Shown: positions 24,712-38,108, numbered from the stretch's first letter. The stretch: DNA of 64,000 nucleotides from Dudresnaya verticillata (GCA_977862235.1 OZ374560.1:1240001-1304000); one strand, 5' to 3'. Notes: generated by a model from the letters alone, not told the origin. Numbers and translations are program-made.

Positions 24712-25028
24712 GCATGGGGCACTTGCGCGGCGGCCTGGTGGGGCGCCGATGCCATTTCTGGGCAAGTCTGTCCGGCCCCGCGGGGCGCGTGGGCGTGCGG
24801 AAATTTATGGGAAAATATTTTCGGAAAGTTTCGGGGGTAATTCGAAACTTTTCAAGGGTCATATAATGGGTGTGCGGATGGCCATAACTTGGGAACGGCT
24901 TGACTTGAGAGCAAACGGATTGCACCACTGTTCTTAGCTCGCTCCCCTCTTGCCAATAAATGTACGAAAGTGGGTACGTTTTCCATTCTGTTTGAAAAGT
25001 AGATTCTGAAGCGGCCGAAATCAGTGTT
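24712..25028 (-). repeat. Element A right TIR
   Basis: Reverse complement of 12754-13072. Confidence 0.9.
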
Positions 25029-26404
25029 CGGGGGCGTATGTCGTCATTGAGGCGTGCGTCGTGTAGTGTGGAGGTCCACATTCCGACAGCGACTTGCATG
25101 TAGATGTGCCCCGGCCGCTTGGCTTTCGAATGCTCAAGGCCGTTGCTGGCTAAGGGCAGTATGTACGGATTTCCGTTTGAGGCATAACGCCCCTATTTCG
25201 ACTTAGTCGCGACCGGCTTGGGGACGAAGTCGAGTAATACTTGCGGTCGTCCGCTAGGGAGGCCCGCTGTATGCGCATGAGGTGCAGGCGATTGGTGCGG
25301 GGTGCGATGGCACCAATATGGCCCAATGGTAAATCGTAACGTGGCCCATGCGACGTGACTCGTACAAGGGTACAGTGGCATCAGTCGTGCACTGTGGTCT
25401 AGCCACATCAATTTTGTACAGCCATCTGTTGCGGGGCGTTGGGTTGTTCATGTCGCATGTATGCGGAACGCTGACGTGGTAGTGCGAGCCCCAGTGGATC
25501 CGCCAACGCCTGAGTCGGAGTCGACGGAGAGGGACGGGCCATCGCCTAGAAGCGGTATTTTCTAACGTTGCTCGAAGCGGAATGACGCGTGCGCGCTATC
25601 GCATGATATCCATGCTTCTTGACATCGATGGTCGTGTTCTCGGACGCCCTAAACATGTGGGATTACACTTGTGCGAACAGTGTGGCGGTAGGTCCCGCGT
25701 GTGTGGAGGGATTCCCTGAACATTGGGGTGCGCGACAGGTCAGCGATTGCTCAAACTAGTGATTACGGAATTCCGTCTTAGTCATAATTGCTTTGGCAGG
25801 ATCGGTCGTAGACGACTTGGAGACGGCAGCAGCGCGCGAGTGCGGTTCGCTGCGGTCTGTGTAGGGGCGTTCCCCCTTATATTTACCAAAAGGGGTGTTG
25901 TGGGGCGTCTTATATGAGAGGGGTCGTGAGCGTTGCGTTGGGGCTGACCTGGATGTCCTGCGATGTGGGATTCCACTTTCTGTACACGACCTGCGCCAAG
26001 GCGTTCCCACCTTATTGGGGAACGGATGCTCTAGGCCATTGGCGGTTCGGGGGAGTCATTACGGAATTCCGTTTTGTGCATGCTTGCCTTTGTTGACTTA
26101 GCCGTGTTCGACTTCGGGAGAGACGAAGGTGATCAAGTGCGGTCGACCGCTAGGGTGAGTGGGTGCGCGTAGGGTGTGTCTGAATGGTGCTGCAATAATT
26201 AATATCGTGCCTGACCAGTGAGATGCTATACCGTGGCGTACAGTACTCCCTTTGTGTGCGCGGCATCTATTGTCGCATCAGCTCCTGGACCCGAGTCTTC
26301 GACGTGGTATGTCCACTTCATTTGCGACTTAGCAGATGTCTGCACGCGTGCTGTTTTGGAGCCTAGTCCACCATGGTCTTTGTAACAGTGGCGGGGACGC
26401 CGAG

Positions 26405-26560
26405 GCGTCTCCTCTTACAATAGGAGATAACGTGGCTTCGGGGTAGATGTTCTAAGGGCTCCCATGTATTTTGGGATGACGGGTATCCGTACCGTTTGAT
26501 TTCAAACAGAGGTTCTGTGTGAACATAGCGGTGGTTTACCACTTTCTCGATAACATATTA
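26405..26560 (-). pseudogene. G2 chromodomain
   Basis: Manual translation gives YVIEKVVNHR...FEIKRYGYPSSQNTWEPLEHLPRSHVISYC. Confidence 0.8.
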
Positions 26561-27375
26561 ATCGCGTGATGCTGGACTAGTATGATGTGTTGACGTAGGC
26601 CGCGTCGCGATGGAACTAGGGGTCCATGCTTGAGGTATACCCCCTGGTAGTCCATTATCTCGAGTTGCGAATTGCGCCTTTGCGACCGATATGCGGATAC
26701 TTCGTCTGAGGGCATCTTGTGTAGTCGGGCCCCTCAGTGATTTAGGATGCGCGGGATTTCGCACGGTCGCGGTATGAGTAGGCGGGGGCCAAGGGGAATC
26801 AGCGGTTGTGGTAGTGGTGGTGTCACCGCGGAGTTAATTCCCGCTTGAGTCGTGTCGTCGTCGCGCTGCTGTCTAGGACTTCAATCCGGGATTTCCTCGA
26901 CCTTATCATGAAAGGAAACCTTTTTGACTCGCGGTTGTGGATTGTCCACTTGGTCAGCACTAGCCGAGTCGACGTTGGACGTCGGGCGTAGTTGAGGCAA
27001 TTCCCCGCTCGGCCGTGGCTCTTGGCCGTGAGCCGTCGAGTACAGCACCGTATTTCCGAGTGGCGTTTCCACATTAGTACTGAACGCTGGCGGCGGTCGC
27101 GTTTTCGTAAAAGGGAGTTCCTTGATCCTGGTATTGGGAAGCGGTAACGGGGGGTCTGTTTGTGTCCCAAGAGGTAGTGTTTGAGGAACATCCTCTGCAG
27201 TGTCAGCGTGGTCAGCAACTTTGTCAGCTGACGCAGAGAGTTTGCGGGGGACTTACTCGTCCTCCTGTCTGACGATCTTGTCGTTTTGCCAAGTAATTTG
27301 CGGTTGCTCCGCATGGGGTTGTTCATTACCGGCGGCGATGTCGGGAATAATGGGGACGGTGGCGGTGATCCCGGT

Positions 27376-28830
27376 TCATGCAGTGGGGGCCACTGCGCTT
27401 GCGGTAGTGAGCATATGCACACCAGTCACGCGACTGGGCTGGGTTGGTGGGAGTAAATCAGCCAATCCGCGGTTGGTATGGGGTTGCATGGCTGGCGTCA
27501 CGGCATGAAAGGTAATTGGGGAATTTTCTCCTTGACGTACAGTAGTTCCTGTGTAGTGCTGTACTCGAGTATGATCATTGCGGAGACCGTCCGGTGGCGG
27601 AGAATCCGCATTAACTGGGCCTGCCGTCTCTTCAGCGGCAGCGTCGGCGTTCGTTTTCCTTGGGGGAACAGGGGCCATCACCACTCTATCGCGGGAAATT
27701 CGCTCGTATTCAGGCCTATCTTTCTCGATGGTGACCGTTTTGTTGTCTGCGTCACTAACGCGATAGGGTCCATCGGCGATAGACGCCAACTTATGCTTTG
27801 GGGTGTCCTTCCTGTATTATTCCTTTCGTACGTATACGTAGTAGTCTACTCCGATGAAGTCGCGTGAGGGACGTACCCTATTATCGAAGTTGCGCTTGTA
27901 TCGCGCTTGTGTCTGGTCAACACCTTTGGTGGCCGTTGACAGTAGTCCTGTGAGCCAGGACTGCCACTTGGCGTGGAATGTAGCCGAACGCGGCACTGGT
28001 TCCAGTAAGGGATGTGCCTCGACGCTTAGAGCGGGTGGAGGTCTGGAAACTACTAGATGGAAGGGGGCCAGGTTCGTGGTTGAATGGACTTGCGTTTTGT
28101 ACGCATATGTGATCGCATCTGAGAAAAGGTCCCATTCACGCGGATGGTCTGCAATGTAATGCAGTAGCGCGGCGCGCATCGTGCGGTTAAACCGCTCAAC
28201 CTGCCCATTACATTGGGGGTGATACGTTGTAGTAAAGAGGGTTTTGATCCCCAACGTTCCACATAACGACTGGAACACCTTTGCGGCAAATTGTCCGCCA
28301 TTGTCCGATAGTAGGTACAACGGAGGTCCGTAGACGTAGACCCAATGCGTAATGAACGCTTCGGCGACTTTTGCAGCCGTACTCTTCTTCATCGGGACTG
28401 TCCGAACGAGTTAAGAGAAACGGTCTGTGATGACCAAGAGGAATCTATTGCCTCGTATTGTGCGAATCAGTTCGCCATAGATATCAATGGAGACAAACTC
28501 CAGGGGTTCTTTTGCTGGAAACAGCTTCATGTGCTTTGTAGCATAAGGCGATTGCGTGCACAGGTTGTGCAGTATCGTACGGTGGCGTAACAGTCCACAG
28601 CCATGGAAGGCCAGTAGAATGATCTACGAAGTGAGTAATACATCTTGCGACCACCGGGTGTCTGGATAGTTTCGGGAAGTGTGCTAGGTGTAACACACGT
28701 GCACGAAGAGTGAATGGTATCACAATTTGAGGGATTGCCTCTCGTGTGCGAATGAGGACTCCTATCTCGTCTAGCGCGAACGGTAACCCCTCCCCCCGTT
28801 AAGGCGAGAATGAAGGGAGGTGCAGAAAGC
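27376..28830 (-). pseudogene. G2 integrase (fragmented)
   Basis: HLAHFPKLSRHP...CTTC, LLSDNGGQF, TTYHPQCNGQVERFNR and GPYRV. Confidence 0.9.
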
Positions 28831-29031
28831 ATCTACTAAATGCGTTTGAAGAAGATCTTCCGTCGTGAGTGGGCGTAAGAGCTTGGGTTGGGTTGAAGGC
28901 GGATTCGCCAGAAGGAGTTGGTTGGAGACTTTGTCGTCCAATTCGAGGAATTCCTCCTTATTGCAAAGGGCACAGGTTGAAGGAGCGTCCGCCTCGACGT
29001 GGAAACACGGAATTTCGTCCTCGATATCGAC

Positions 29032-30458
29032 TTAGGTTTCGCCAAACGTTTGAAGACGCGAAAGGGCGTCCGCTTGGGTGTTGATGTGCCCCTTCTTGTA
29101 GCGGACGTCAAAGTCCAATTCCAGCATGCGTAAGCGCCAGAACATACGGCGCACAGAGGGATCATTAATATCCATTAGCCAACGAAGAGAGGAGTGATCG
29201 GTGTGTATGGTAAACTTTTCGATTTGTAGGTAGGGCCGAAAAGTGGTAGCAGTCCACACCAATGCCAAACACGCCTTCTCGGAAACCGAGTAGTTCTTTT
29301 TGGCAGCTTGCGGAGAACGGGACCAATACCCGAGTGGTTTCCTCGTACCGTCGGTGTGCGTTTGGAATAATGCGCAACCGACCTGGTAGTTCGAAGCATC
29401 AGTATCGACAGAATAGGGCAAGCCAGGTTTTGGCAGTGAAAGTACCGGTGGTTCCGTGACCGCTTTGATAAGCGCCTGGAACGCTGCCTCTTGCGTGTCG
29501 TCGAGCGGCCCAATAGTGTCCGGGTGATCCTTTTCAGGAGCCGGTTCAGTGGTCCTGTCACGTGAGCGTAATTGGGGACTAACCTCCGATATACGTTGCA
29601 CAGTCCGAGGAAAGACCTCAATTCAGTTTGAGTACGTGGGTGTTTTGCTTTGGAGAGTGCCGCAGTGACCGTTGGGCCGACCCGTAGTTCGCCTGGGCGG
29701 ACAATATGGCCCAGGTAGTTGACATTGGTTGTGAATAAATCACATTTCTTCAGTTTGAGGGTAACTCCGGCTTGGTTCAATGCAGTCAATATTTGCTCGA
29801 CGTGTTCAAAGTGGTATTCCACGTCCTTGGAGCAGATGATAACATCGTCCAAGTAAACGAGGCAGGTCTTCCATTTGAAACCCGAGAGCAGGATATCCAG
29901 TGTCCTCTGGAAGGTAGTGGGAGCATTGGTCAGACCAAACTGCATCCTTTTGTAGCGGAAGGTTCCCGCATGGCATGTAAACGTGGTTTTGTTACGATCG
30001 CGATCGTTGATGGGGATTTGCCAATACCCCGAGTTGCAATCGAGCGTAGTAAAGACATTTGCTTCGCCGAGTGAATCGATACACTCATCGATGCGAGGTA
30101 ACGGGTATGTATCCCGAACGGTTGCAGCATTTAAACGTCGGTAATCGACACAGAATCGTAAGGTACCGTCCTTTTTAGGCACCAATACAACTGGGGATGC
30201 CCAGGGAGATTGTGCCGGTTCTATGACGCCAGTTCGTAGCATGCGGTCAACTTCCGCTTGTTCCACTTGGCGTTGCTTCGGTCCAGCCCGATAGAATGGA
30301 CACGAGAACGGCCTCGTACCCGGGATCATATCGATGTAATGTTCCGTAGTGGTGATTTCACCTAGGGAACCATCCCAGATTGTAGCAAACCTACCAAGAA
30401 ACTGTCGGACACGTTCGCCGTGGCGCTCAGTCAAGTGGGATAAATCCACGTCATCCAC
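29032..30458 (-). pseudogene. G2 reverse transcriptase + RNase H (frameshifted)
   Basis: SPWASPVVLVPKKDGTLRFCVDYRRLN, YLDD, DTDASNYQVG and TDHSSL. Confidence 0.95.
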
Positions 30459-30827
30459 CGAAGGTGGAGGTTCATTTTCAGCTTCAAGGGTCTTCCCATG
30501 AGCGTCACCTTTGTTTGTCGTATTCGACAGTCTGCCCAGTCGTTAGGACTTTGTTGCGGAATCGTCCGCTAAGTCAGCCAATCCAAGCACGTCCACCAGC
30601 GGGATGGGACTGGGAACCATAGCGGTGGGGTGCGGGAGGGCGGTCGCGACGACCTGGTTCTTTGGCAGAACTTGGTCATGCGACGTAAAGTTCGCGACTA
30701 GAATGCGGAACGGCCGCTTTGGTTCAACATAGGCTATTCCATTCGTCGAGATTACTCCCGGGCGGTGATACGGCTTGTCGTAGGGCTGAAGTAAAATCAG
30801 CCCTGCGCGTTCTGTGGTTACTGAAAC

Positions 30828-31340
30828 TCACTTCTGCGCTTGTGCTGCGACTACGATTCGTTCCGCGACAAGTATTTTTGTTGAGGTATGAACTCGTAAT
30901 GTCTCATAATCCTGATCGTCAGGTAGAGGTGGAGCCGTGGGCGGTCGTTTCAATAGTCGGCGTGTAATTGGCACGCGAGTCCCATTGTCGCGTTCGACTT
31001 CACGGCTCTTCGGAGAGATGGATTCTACGAAACGATCGCAGAAGTCACATCCGAGGATGACCGGGGCGGCGAGTCTCTCGCAGACAACAAAGTCAAGTTT
31101 GACATGCGGTCTCCAAGCCGGACAACCAAGGCGATTACGCCGCATGTTTGCAACGTTCGGTTGTTGGCGTCGCTGGGGGTGGGGATGTCCCCATCTCGAA
31201 TGCGGGATTCCGCTTGGAGTGGTAGTTCAGATTTTCTGATAAAGTTGGGACCGGCACCGGTATCTAGCACAGTACGTTTACGCGATAGGTAGCTTGGGTG
31301 TAAACCCGTATCTGCGTATACCTTAAAGTTGCGCTTTGCC
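30828..31340 (-). pseudogene. G2 aspartic protease
   Basis: VLDTGAGPNFI and VILGCDFC. Confidence 0.85.
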
Positions 31341-31560
31341 GCTATCAGCAATTTGCCTCGTGTGTGCGGGGGAAGGTACCGGTTCCAGGGCCTGCACAAT
31401 CCCACCGTTGGCGGTGCGTCAGGGGTCCTACTAGCCCGTGCAGGGTTCTGCAGTATGAGCTTTGGAGTTATATCCTCCTGTTTATCGGGTCGTGACCCTT
31501 GATCTTCGGTCTGTAATGGCTCCTGTTGAAGCTCCCCAGTCAAAGGGGGCCTGACCTCGA

Positions 31561-33691
31561 CTAGTCTTCCGAATTGCGGATGTCCTCTCGTCCGTCGCGC
31601 CCATTCATAGGGGACTGTCCAACGGGCGCGAACGCCAGCGGGTGGCGTTCGCTAGAGTGAGGTACCACTTTGGATGGTTGCCCCTGGGTTCCACCTTGGG
31701 TAATTGCGTCATCGTAGCATGCCTGTGCTTTCGCCTTCATATAGGACGTAGCCGGCACGCGATCGCGGTCAACCGCACTAAGTGATTCGTAATTGAGGAT
31801 AATCCTCAGGTAGTCCTTCCAAGCCAGGAAGCATTCGGGCGAGACATGCCCGGGCTTATAGCAAATGTGGCAGATGATTGTCTGCTTGGGACCGAGGCTT
31901 CTTTGGGGATTTCCCCTATCTTGCCAGCTCGGCCGAGCGCGTGTCATCATAGGTGAATGCTCCTGGTATGGGATTCGTGGGCCGGGACTTGGCGAGAGCG
32001 CATGAGAAACGCGTTATCTTCGCTTCCGTAGGATCCTACTTGTGAGTCGGTAGGTGGGTCGGACGACAGCAATGCCGCGTCGGGATAAACAGATGTACCT
32101 CTGCATCCTGCTCGCCCACTTGCCTACGTGGAACTCCACTCCCGTCTGGAAACGCAATAGAGGACTCGGCCATCATAGCGGAATTTACACGTCCTGGACG
32201 GCGTCCTGAGGAATTCGCGGTACGACCAGCAAGTTGATCTTGTCCAGCGCGTGGTGGGCGACTCCTTCCACGGTGGACTTCACCTTCATCCTGTGCGTAA
32301 TGCACTAGTCGTTCAACGATAGCTCATGACGAGCAGTTTTCTCTCGATACCTGGCGACCAGCGAGCGGATGCTCGAGTCCAGGCAGTCGATGAAGTACGT
32401 CATCTTTTCCCATTCCATGTGGGCATTGCCACATCGGTTACAGGCCTTCGAGACTCGCATCCCGAAGCGTGTTTCCGACTCGCCGGCGCTCTGTCGAAGG
32501 GCGCGGAGCTCGAGGATTGCCTCAGGTAATGCGCTCGGTGTCGCATAGGTCCGCAGAGGATACTGCACAGCTTCCGGCCATGAGGATACTCCTCCATTAG
32601 AACGGGATGGAGCGGCCTTGACAGAACGGAATTTAGTAGCGGCATTTCCGCGTAGGAAGTAGGGTAAGGCGATGAACGCCTGCGCCTCAGACATGCCGAG
32701 AGTATCGTCTTCGTCGACTAGCCTGTAGAGAAACTCCAAAATTAACACGGGTCTTCCCCATTGAAAGAACAATATTTCATGGTTAACTCCAGTATTTTGA
32801 TCTGGTCTTTGATCTTGCCGGTGTGTCGGCTTGTACGGGACTGTTCCGTATTCTGTAGGCGGTAGTGCCTGTTGGACAGAAATTGGCCATACAAGGGGTT
32901 TGTTGGTTTCAGCTCCTTGAGGTACTTCTATCGCGGCCCCTTGTGTCTTCTTCCACTGTCGCGACGGGGGTTTCTCCAAGCTTCGCCATCGGAACGATCC
33001 GTATCTGAATTGTGGGAAGACGACGGAGATGACGCGTCGTAATCGTCGTGGGGACAGTGGCGACTGCGGGTATTCCGCATATGGCCAGAGTGACGGTTTG
33101 GGCGTCGTCCATCGCGGCGATTGCCGTGACGGCCTAGACGGTAGTCGCCCGTATGAACGTGGTCTTCACACCCATGGCGGCAACTGCCTTTGGGGTACGT
33201 GTCCCCCTGATGGTCATGATTGTCGAATTCGACTTCTCTTCGATTCGCGCCTCGGCCACTGGGTTTGATTGGCGATTCGCGCTCGTTCAGGCAAATTCCC
33301 CCGAGTCGCTCCAAGCGGTCGGCAATTCGCGTGATGTGGTCGTCGAGCGGGAGTTCCGCGGGTAAGCTCGGGGGATTCGGGCGGGGCACCTTTCGGGAGT
33401 GGCCCCGTATGTCTGGAGGAGGCGGTTGACGTCTCCTCGGAGGGTGCGGACCTCGACGGCGAGGTCCGGGTGGTTCTGTGGGGGATTCTCCAATGCGAGG
33501 TCGACTCGAGCACCGACCTTGTCAATGCGTTGGTTGATCAGAGCCAGGCTGTCCGTTATCTGACGCGACAGCCGGGTGGCAAAAGCCTGGTCTTCCATGA
33601 GGCATACCTGTTGCATCGCACTTCGGGGAATGGTAGTCCTGTGCATGAAAGCGACACGAGGGGCTTCCTCTTGGGCTGTGGACGGCTCCAC
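31561..33691 (-). pseudogene. G2 gag (fragmented)
   Basis: Capsid-like WPEAVQY.LRTY...LRQ...ES (homologous to G1 gag) and CCHC knuckle CHICYKPGHVSPEC. Confidence 0.8.
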
Positions 33692-34065
33692 TGGCGGCGG
33701 AAGTGATGCCGAAATCGGCGATGGTGGAATGGGCAGATCGGGCGGAGATGCCGGCTGCCCCCTTGGACCTGATCAGTCGGGAGAGCCCCGGCTGGGTCAC
33801 CAGGTACTATCTCCACCAAGGGCAGTACACGAGGAACCCCCTCATTGACTATTGCCGAAAAGGCGGCTTGGACCGCAGGACTTGCCTACGCACGAGCTCG
33901 CGTGACCACCACAGCTCCGGGCTGCGGTGGGGCGGACCTTGCCGACGACAGCTGTCGACGGAGTGGCATGGCAGAAATTCTGCGATGTATGTAGAAGGTA
34001 GGATATGAAGAACGGTAGTTCCGTAGCGGAGATAACGTAGTCAATCGGAATTTCCGAATTTCTAG

Positions 34066-34077
34066 GTCGGGAGGCCA
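34066..34077 (-). promoter_or_regulatory. PBS-like site of G2
   Basis: Minus strand reads LTR end CCACA-TT-TGGCCTCCCGAC. TGG is complementary to the tRNA CCA end. Cognate tRNA not identified. Confidence 0.55.
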
Positions 34078-34079
34078 AA

Positions 34080-34861
34080 TGTGGTGCAAATCCACTGGGT
34101 TGAAAAGAGGATGCACCTCAGGCTGTTCGATGGCCCGGTGGTAGCAGGTGAGGTAGTAGCGGTAGAGTAGGGGAATAGCCCCGTAGTGCGACAGTAAAAC
34201 ACGACAAGACCAAGAAAAGGGGGTTACCCTAGAAAGGAAAGAAAACAAAGGAAAAATAAAGGAAAAACAGGATTCTGTACGATGAAGAAGGGTAGCGTAC
34301 CCACTGGAGTCCAGCCTAGCGACGGAGTCGATAGGGTAGGAGGGCGTGTCTCGCTGGGCCCAAGCTTCGCTGTTTATTGTATGAGGGTGCACCTCAGGGC
34401 TCTAATATAATATGTACAAGGCGGGTGCGCCTTGGTGGCGGATTCTAATAGTGCAAGGGGGCGCGCCACTTGGCATTGCGTAGGGCGCACAAATCTATAA
34501 TTACTTACAAAATATTAACTGTCAGCCTCTTGACAGCGTGGTCTGACAGTATGCGTTGAGGGAGCGCACGTGCGCCCGTGTGCGCATTGTCGTTTCGAGG
34601 GGCCATCCTTGCTGCCAGCCGGCGCCGGGAGCTGTCCGTCGGGACGGCTTACAGGGTAATTTCCCCAATGTCATTGCTGGCGCACGCGCGTGTCGACAGA
34701 GCCCGTTGCGGCGGGGAAATTGCTTCTGAGCTCAGAAATGTGCGAAGCGGATGATCTGCGGGTATCGGCCGTTGCGGCTCGTCATCCGCAGTCGCGCGAG
34801 TCGCGGGCGTGGTCCGTTATGAAGAATTCTTCAGTACGGTGCGAATCCGATTTGCGCCACA
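34080..34861 (-). repeat. G2 5' LTR
   Basis: Direct repeat of 9912-10705. Confidence 0.95.
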
Positions 34862-37400
34862 GCTTGTACTTTTCCTCGATCATGTAGTAGTCCTACGGGA
34901 ACAACATATTACTGAGGTCCGCAGTTGCGGCACAGGATGGCTCCGGCACGGCAAGTAGGTGTTTTCTAGAAGGCAGAAACTTCCTTTCTCAACCCCTGGC
35001 GCCATCCAGCAAGCTGCGTCTGCTTGTTCGTGCAAACATTCCTTTGTTAGATGAAGAGCAGACGCATTGAGAGCGACCGTCCGCATTACAGCGGCCCGAA
35101 TAACCTCTTCGACGTGGCCCTAGGAGTATCTCTCCAGTTGCCTGCTCCGTCGCAGGGCCGTCGAGTCGACCGGACTCGAGCCAGCTTAGGGCGCGGTAGA
35201 GGCGTTTTTCAGTTTCTTCCTCACACGTCCAGTCGCGGCACGGCACGAAATCCGATTGACCTTAGTTCCTAATCTGCATTAACGCCGCATCTGGCGGCGG
35301 GTCTGTGTCCTCTCTACGCTCCAGATCCCAAGGAATTCCATTTGGAAAATCTCGAACTCCCCGCACTTCCCCGGCTCCATTCCAGAAGAGACCTGATTCT
35401 CGATTCCCACCAGATGTCGAACCATCCTTTCCACTCCCGTTGAATATAATACCATGCTGTTGTGGAACTCGTCTAGGATCGAAGCCAAAGTCAGTCGCAC
35501 TATCAGTACTTGTCTCGCCAGGTATCCTTCGGCGTTGTCCTTTTCCGGATCCCCGATCCTTGCCGCCAAGGTCTATACGTCGGGTTTCTAGGAGCCAGCA
35601 GTTATCCAGCTCTCTATCTCAAAGGGACAACGCAATCAGGTGCTGGGAAGGCCAAGCCTCTGCGTCGTTCGCGAGGGCGCACCTGGTGCAACTGCACACT
35701 GGTCCGTTTCTGGACACAATCGTTTGGGGATAGTGAGAACGCTCGAGCATGACAAATCTGGTCCCTCGCACATTCATGTTCCTGAAATATCTCTAGGAAA
35801 GACTCCAACTGGCTTGTATTAGAGACTTGGGAACAGTTGGGCTCGTAAAGGGCCACGAACTCTGGTCCGCCATGCAGCAACACTCGGCGGGGGCTTTTAG
35901 GGCGTTCAGAAACGCTCTGCGCTGCCGGCGGTTAAGAGGTTTCATCCCTTCCGGAAACAGGACCGTTCGGTCTGACTCCCCCCGGAGTCCTTTTGACTGT
36001 CACTATCTCGCTCGGAATCCGAACTCGACTCAGCCACCATGGCTGTAGTATGAATGTCGGGTCGATCCGACGTCTGATACTTGCTGGTCCGAAGCCGCCA
36101 CACAGACCCGTCGATGGGTAGCTGTTGGGGTTGGTAGAGCGGTGTAGGCCGCGTGCGCCCCGCAGGTGCGGATCGACGGCGTCGATGCCGGAGCGCGCAC
36201 GGGGCGTACCGTACGCGGGTACGCAGCGGCCGGATCCCAGAGTCCCTGTCGAAGGGCGGCACGAAGCCGACGGAAAGGAAAAGGAAAGGGGAAAGCCTAG
36301 CGAGGCAAGGGGAAAAAGGGAAACCGCCCGCTGGCGTAAGGCAAAGGGATCGAACCCGAAAAGGCTGGGGGCAAGCTTCAGCGCGAGCTGTTGCTTGCCC
36401 GGTTTACTGAGCCGTCGATGGCCGACGGTCTTAAATACCCTACACTATGCGCACTACGACTATTTCCACAGTAGGTGCGCCCCACAACACCAACGCGGGA
36501 GGTGTGCGAGCGCGCGCCCATACACGTGTCGACACGTCCGGGTAACGGTTACCGTGGGCGCGCGCGGGGCGTAACGGGAAGCGGCCCTCTCAACGGCTCG
36601 ATGCCGGAGAGCGTCACAGGGGCGCGCCGTGTGCGGCACGGCGCGCGGCCGCTGCCGGCAGCAATGCGGTCGACCGCTACTAATTCAACGAAAAAACTAA
36701 GGGCACGCTGCCCAACCACGACTCGCCAGCGGGCGTCATCGGGTGCACCATTACAGTGCAGGGCTGCCAGCATACCTTACAGCCGCTGCTGGTAGGGTGC
36801 TGACAGCTATACTACAATGGCGCCTGACTGCTGCAGTCGCGATCCAGCTCGGGGCGGCTCTCGGCTTCCCCTTCCCACATCAATCAGAAAGGTTCCATGG
36901 TCTTGACGTGGCGACTTTCTCTTCGATTTCAGGGTATGAAGAGGACTCTTTCGGGATATGAGGGGGCGTTCTAGCTCCCGCAAGCGACCCTCAGGCTATT
37001 CAACGATGTTCCTGCGCCCGTTCCATTTATCTCATCTGAAGAAGCCCCGCCATCCCTGAACTGAAGGTCAAGGGAGCTCGGCCGGTTTCCCTGTTGTTTC
37101 TGTCGGGCCTTTGGTCCATTTTAAGTATGGAAATCAGTCTCGCACGGCAGCGAGTTGCCTTCGGCGATATTTGCCCTCCAGAGCGCGATACAAACTGTAC
37201 TATAGTATCTCTAAGGCACCACCGCGTACGGCGGCCAGACGAGACCCCAAGAAGACCCAAAAGACCTGTCAGATTTCGTAGAAACTGGCCAAACGTAGAA
37301 CGGACCTGCGTGCCGGTAGCAAGCGTGGTAGAGCGGGAGCGCGCAGACGAAGTCGTGACCAAAATCTGTGATGAGGACAGAAAATGGCCAAGTCGGGGGT
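34862..37400 (-). pseudogene. Highly decayed retroelement pol/gag remnant (probable target of G2, may continue at about 9550-9911)
   Basis: Weak integrase-like ILDEFHNS...GVERM and RNase-H/RT-like pieces. Heavily disrupted. Confidence 0.35.
36044..36816. mobile_element. Solo LTR with 5-bp TSD
   Basis: TGTAGTAT...ATACTACA termini with ATGGC on both flanks (36039-36043 and 36817-36821). Confidence 0.85.
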
Positions 37401-37684
37401 TCAGCTGCTAACTTTACTCCCAACCTCTGGCGGGACGGCTTCGTGCCTGTGTTGGCTGAGCCGAGGTATGTGACCGTCTAAATAGACCCAAAATCGGCCG
37501 TCTGAGCTATCCTAAGGCTATTCTACAGTTAGTGGCCGAGGTTACTCACCATGGCCCAAAATATCTTCTCGAATCCTGGTTTCGGGCCAATATTAGAGCC
37601 CTACCGAACAAGACCGTGCGGCGAGGCGCCGTTCTAATTTGCGGAGCCCTTGATGATTTTTTTGGAGAGATTTTATTGGTAGAT

Positions 37685-38108
37685 TAAGAGAAACTTCTAG
37701 AGACATATGGAGTAGAGCAGTATAAGAGAAACTTCAAGAGACATATGGAGTAGAGCAATACATATAGCGTTGGAGCGGCCAAGGCCTGGGCCGCCCCGCC
37801 TCCCCTCCCCCTCACCCCGCGCGCCCGCCGTCCCGCCCGCGCGTCCCGCCCCCCGCCCCCCGTCTCCGGAGTGTGCGTGTTTGTGTGTGTGCAGTACGTA
37901 TAGCGTTGGAGCCAAGGCCTGGGCCGCCGCCGCCCCCCTCCCTCGCTCCGCGTGTCCGCCGCCGCGCCCGCGTGCGCCGCTCCCCCCGCCTCCCCGTCTC
38001 GCGAACGCTGTGTGCGTGTGTGAGTGTGTGTTGGTGTGTGTTGATGTGTGTTTGTGTGTGTGTTGGTGTGTGTTTGTTTGTGTGTTTGTGTGTGTGTTTG
38101 TGTGTGTC
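37685..38108. repeat. Short tandem duplications plus an imperfect (GT)n microsatellite
   Basis: 38-bp unit x2 at about 37685-37760, a duplicated TATAGCGTTGGAGC..AAGGCCTGGGCCGCC block, and a GT-rich run at about 38010-38108. Confidence 0.85.

Larger units (their letters stand above)
12754..25028. mobile_element. Element A: 12.3-kb DNA transposon with long TIRs, 4-bp TSD and captured cargo
   Basis: Starts AACACTGATTTCAGCCGCTTCAGAATCT and ends AGATTCTGAAGCGGCCGAAATCAGTGTT. CGGG directly flanks both ends (12750-12753 and 25029-25032). Nested inside G2. Confidence 0.88.
9912..34861 (-). mobile_element. Full-length chromovirus-type Ty3/Gypsy element (G2), about 12.7 kb without the nested element A
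   Basis: Paired LTRs of about 0.79 kb (TGTGG...CCACA), PPT, PBS-like site, and gag-PR-RT-RH-IN-chromodomain on the minus strand. Flanks GCAGG and GCTTG match at only 3 of 5 positions. Confidence 0.93.
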
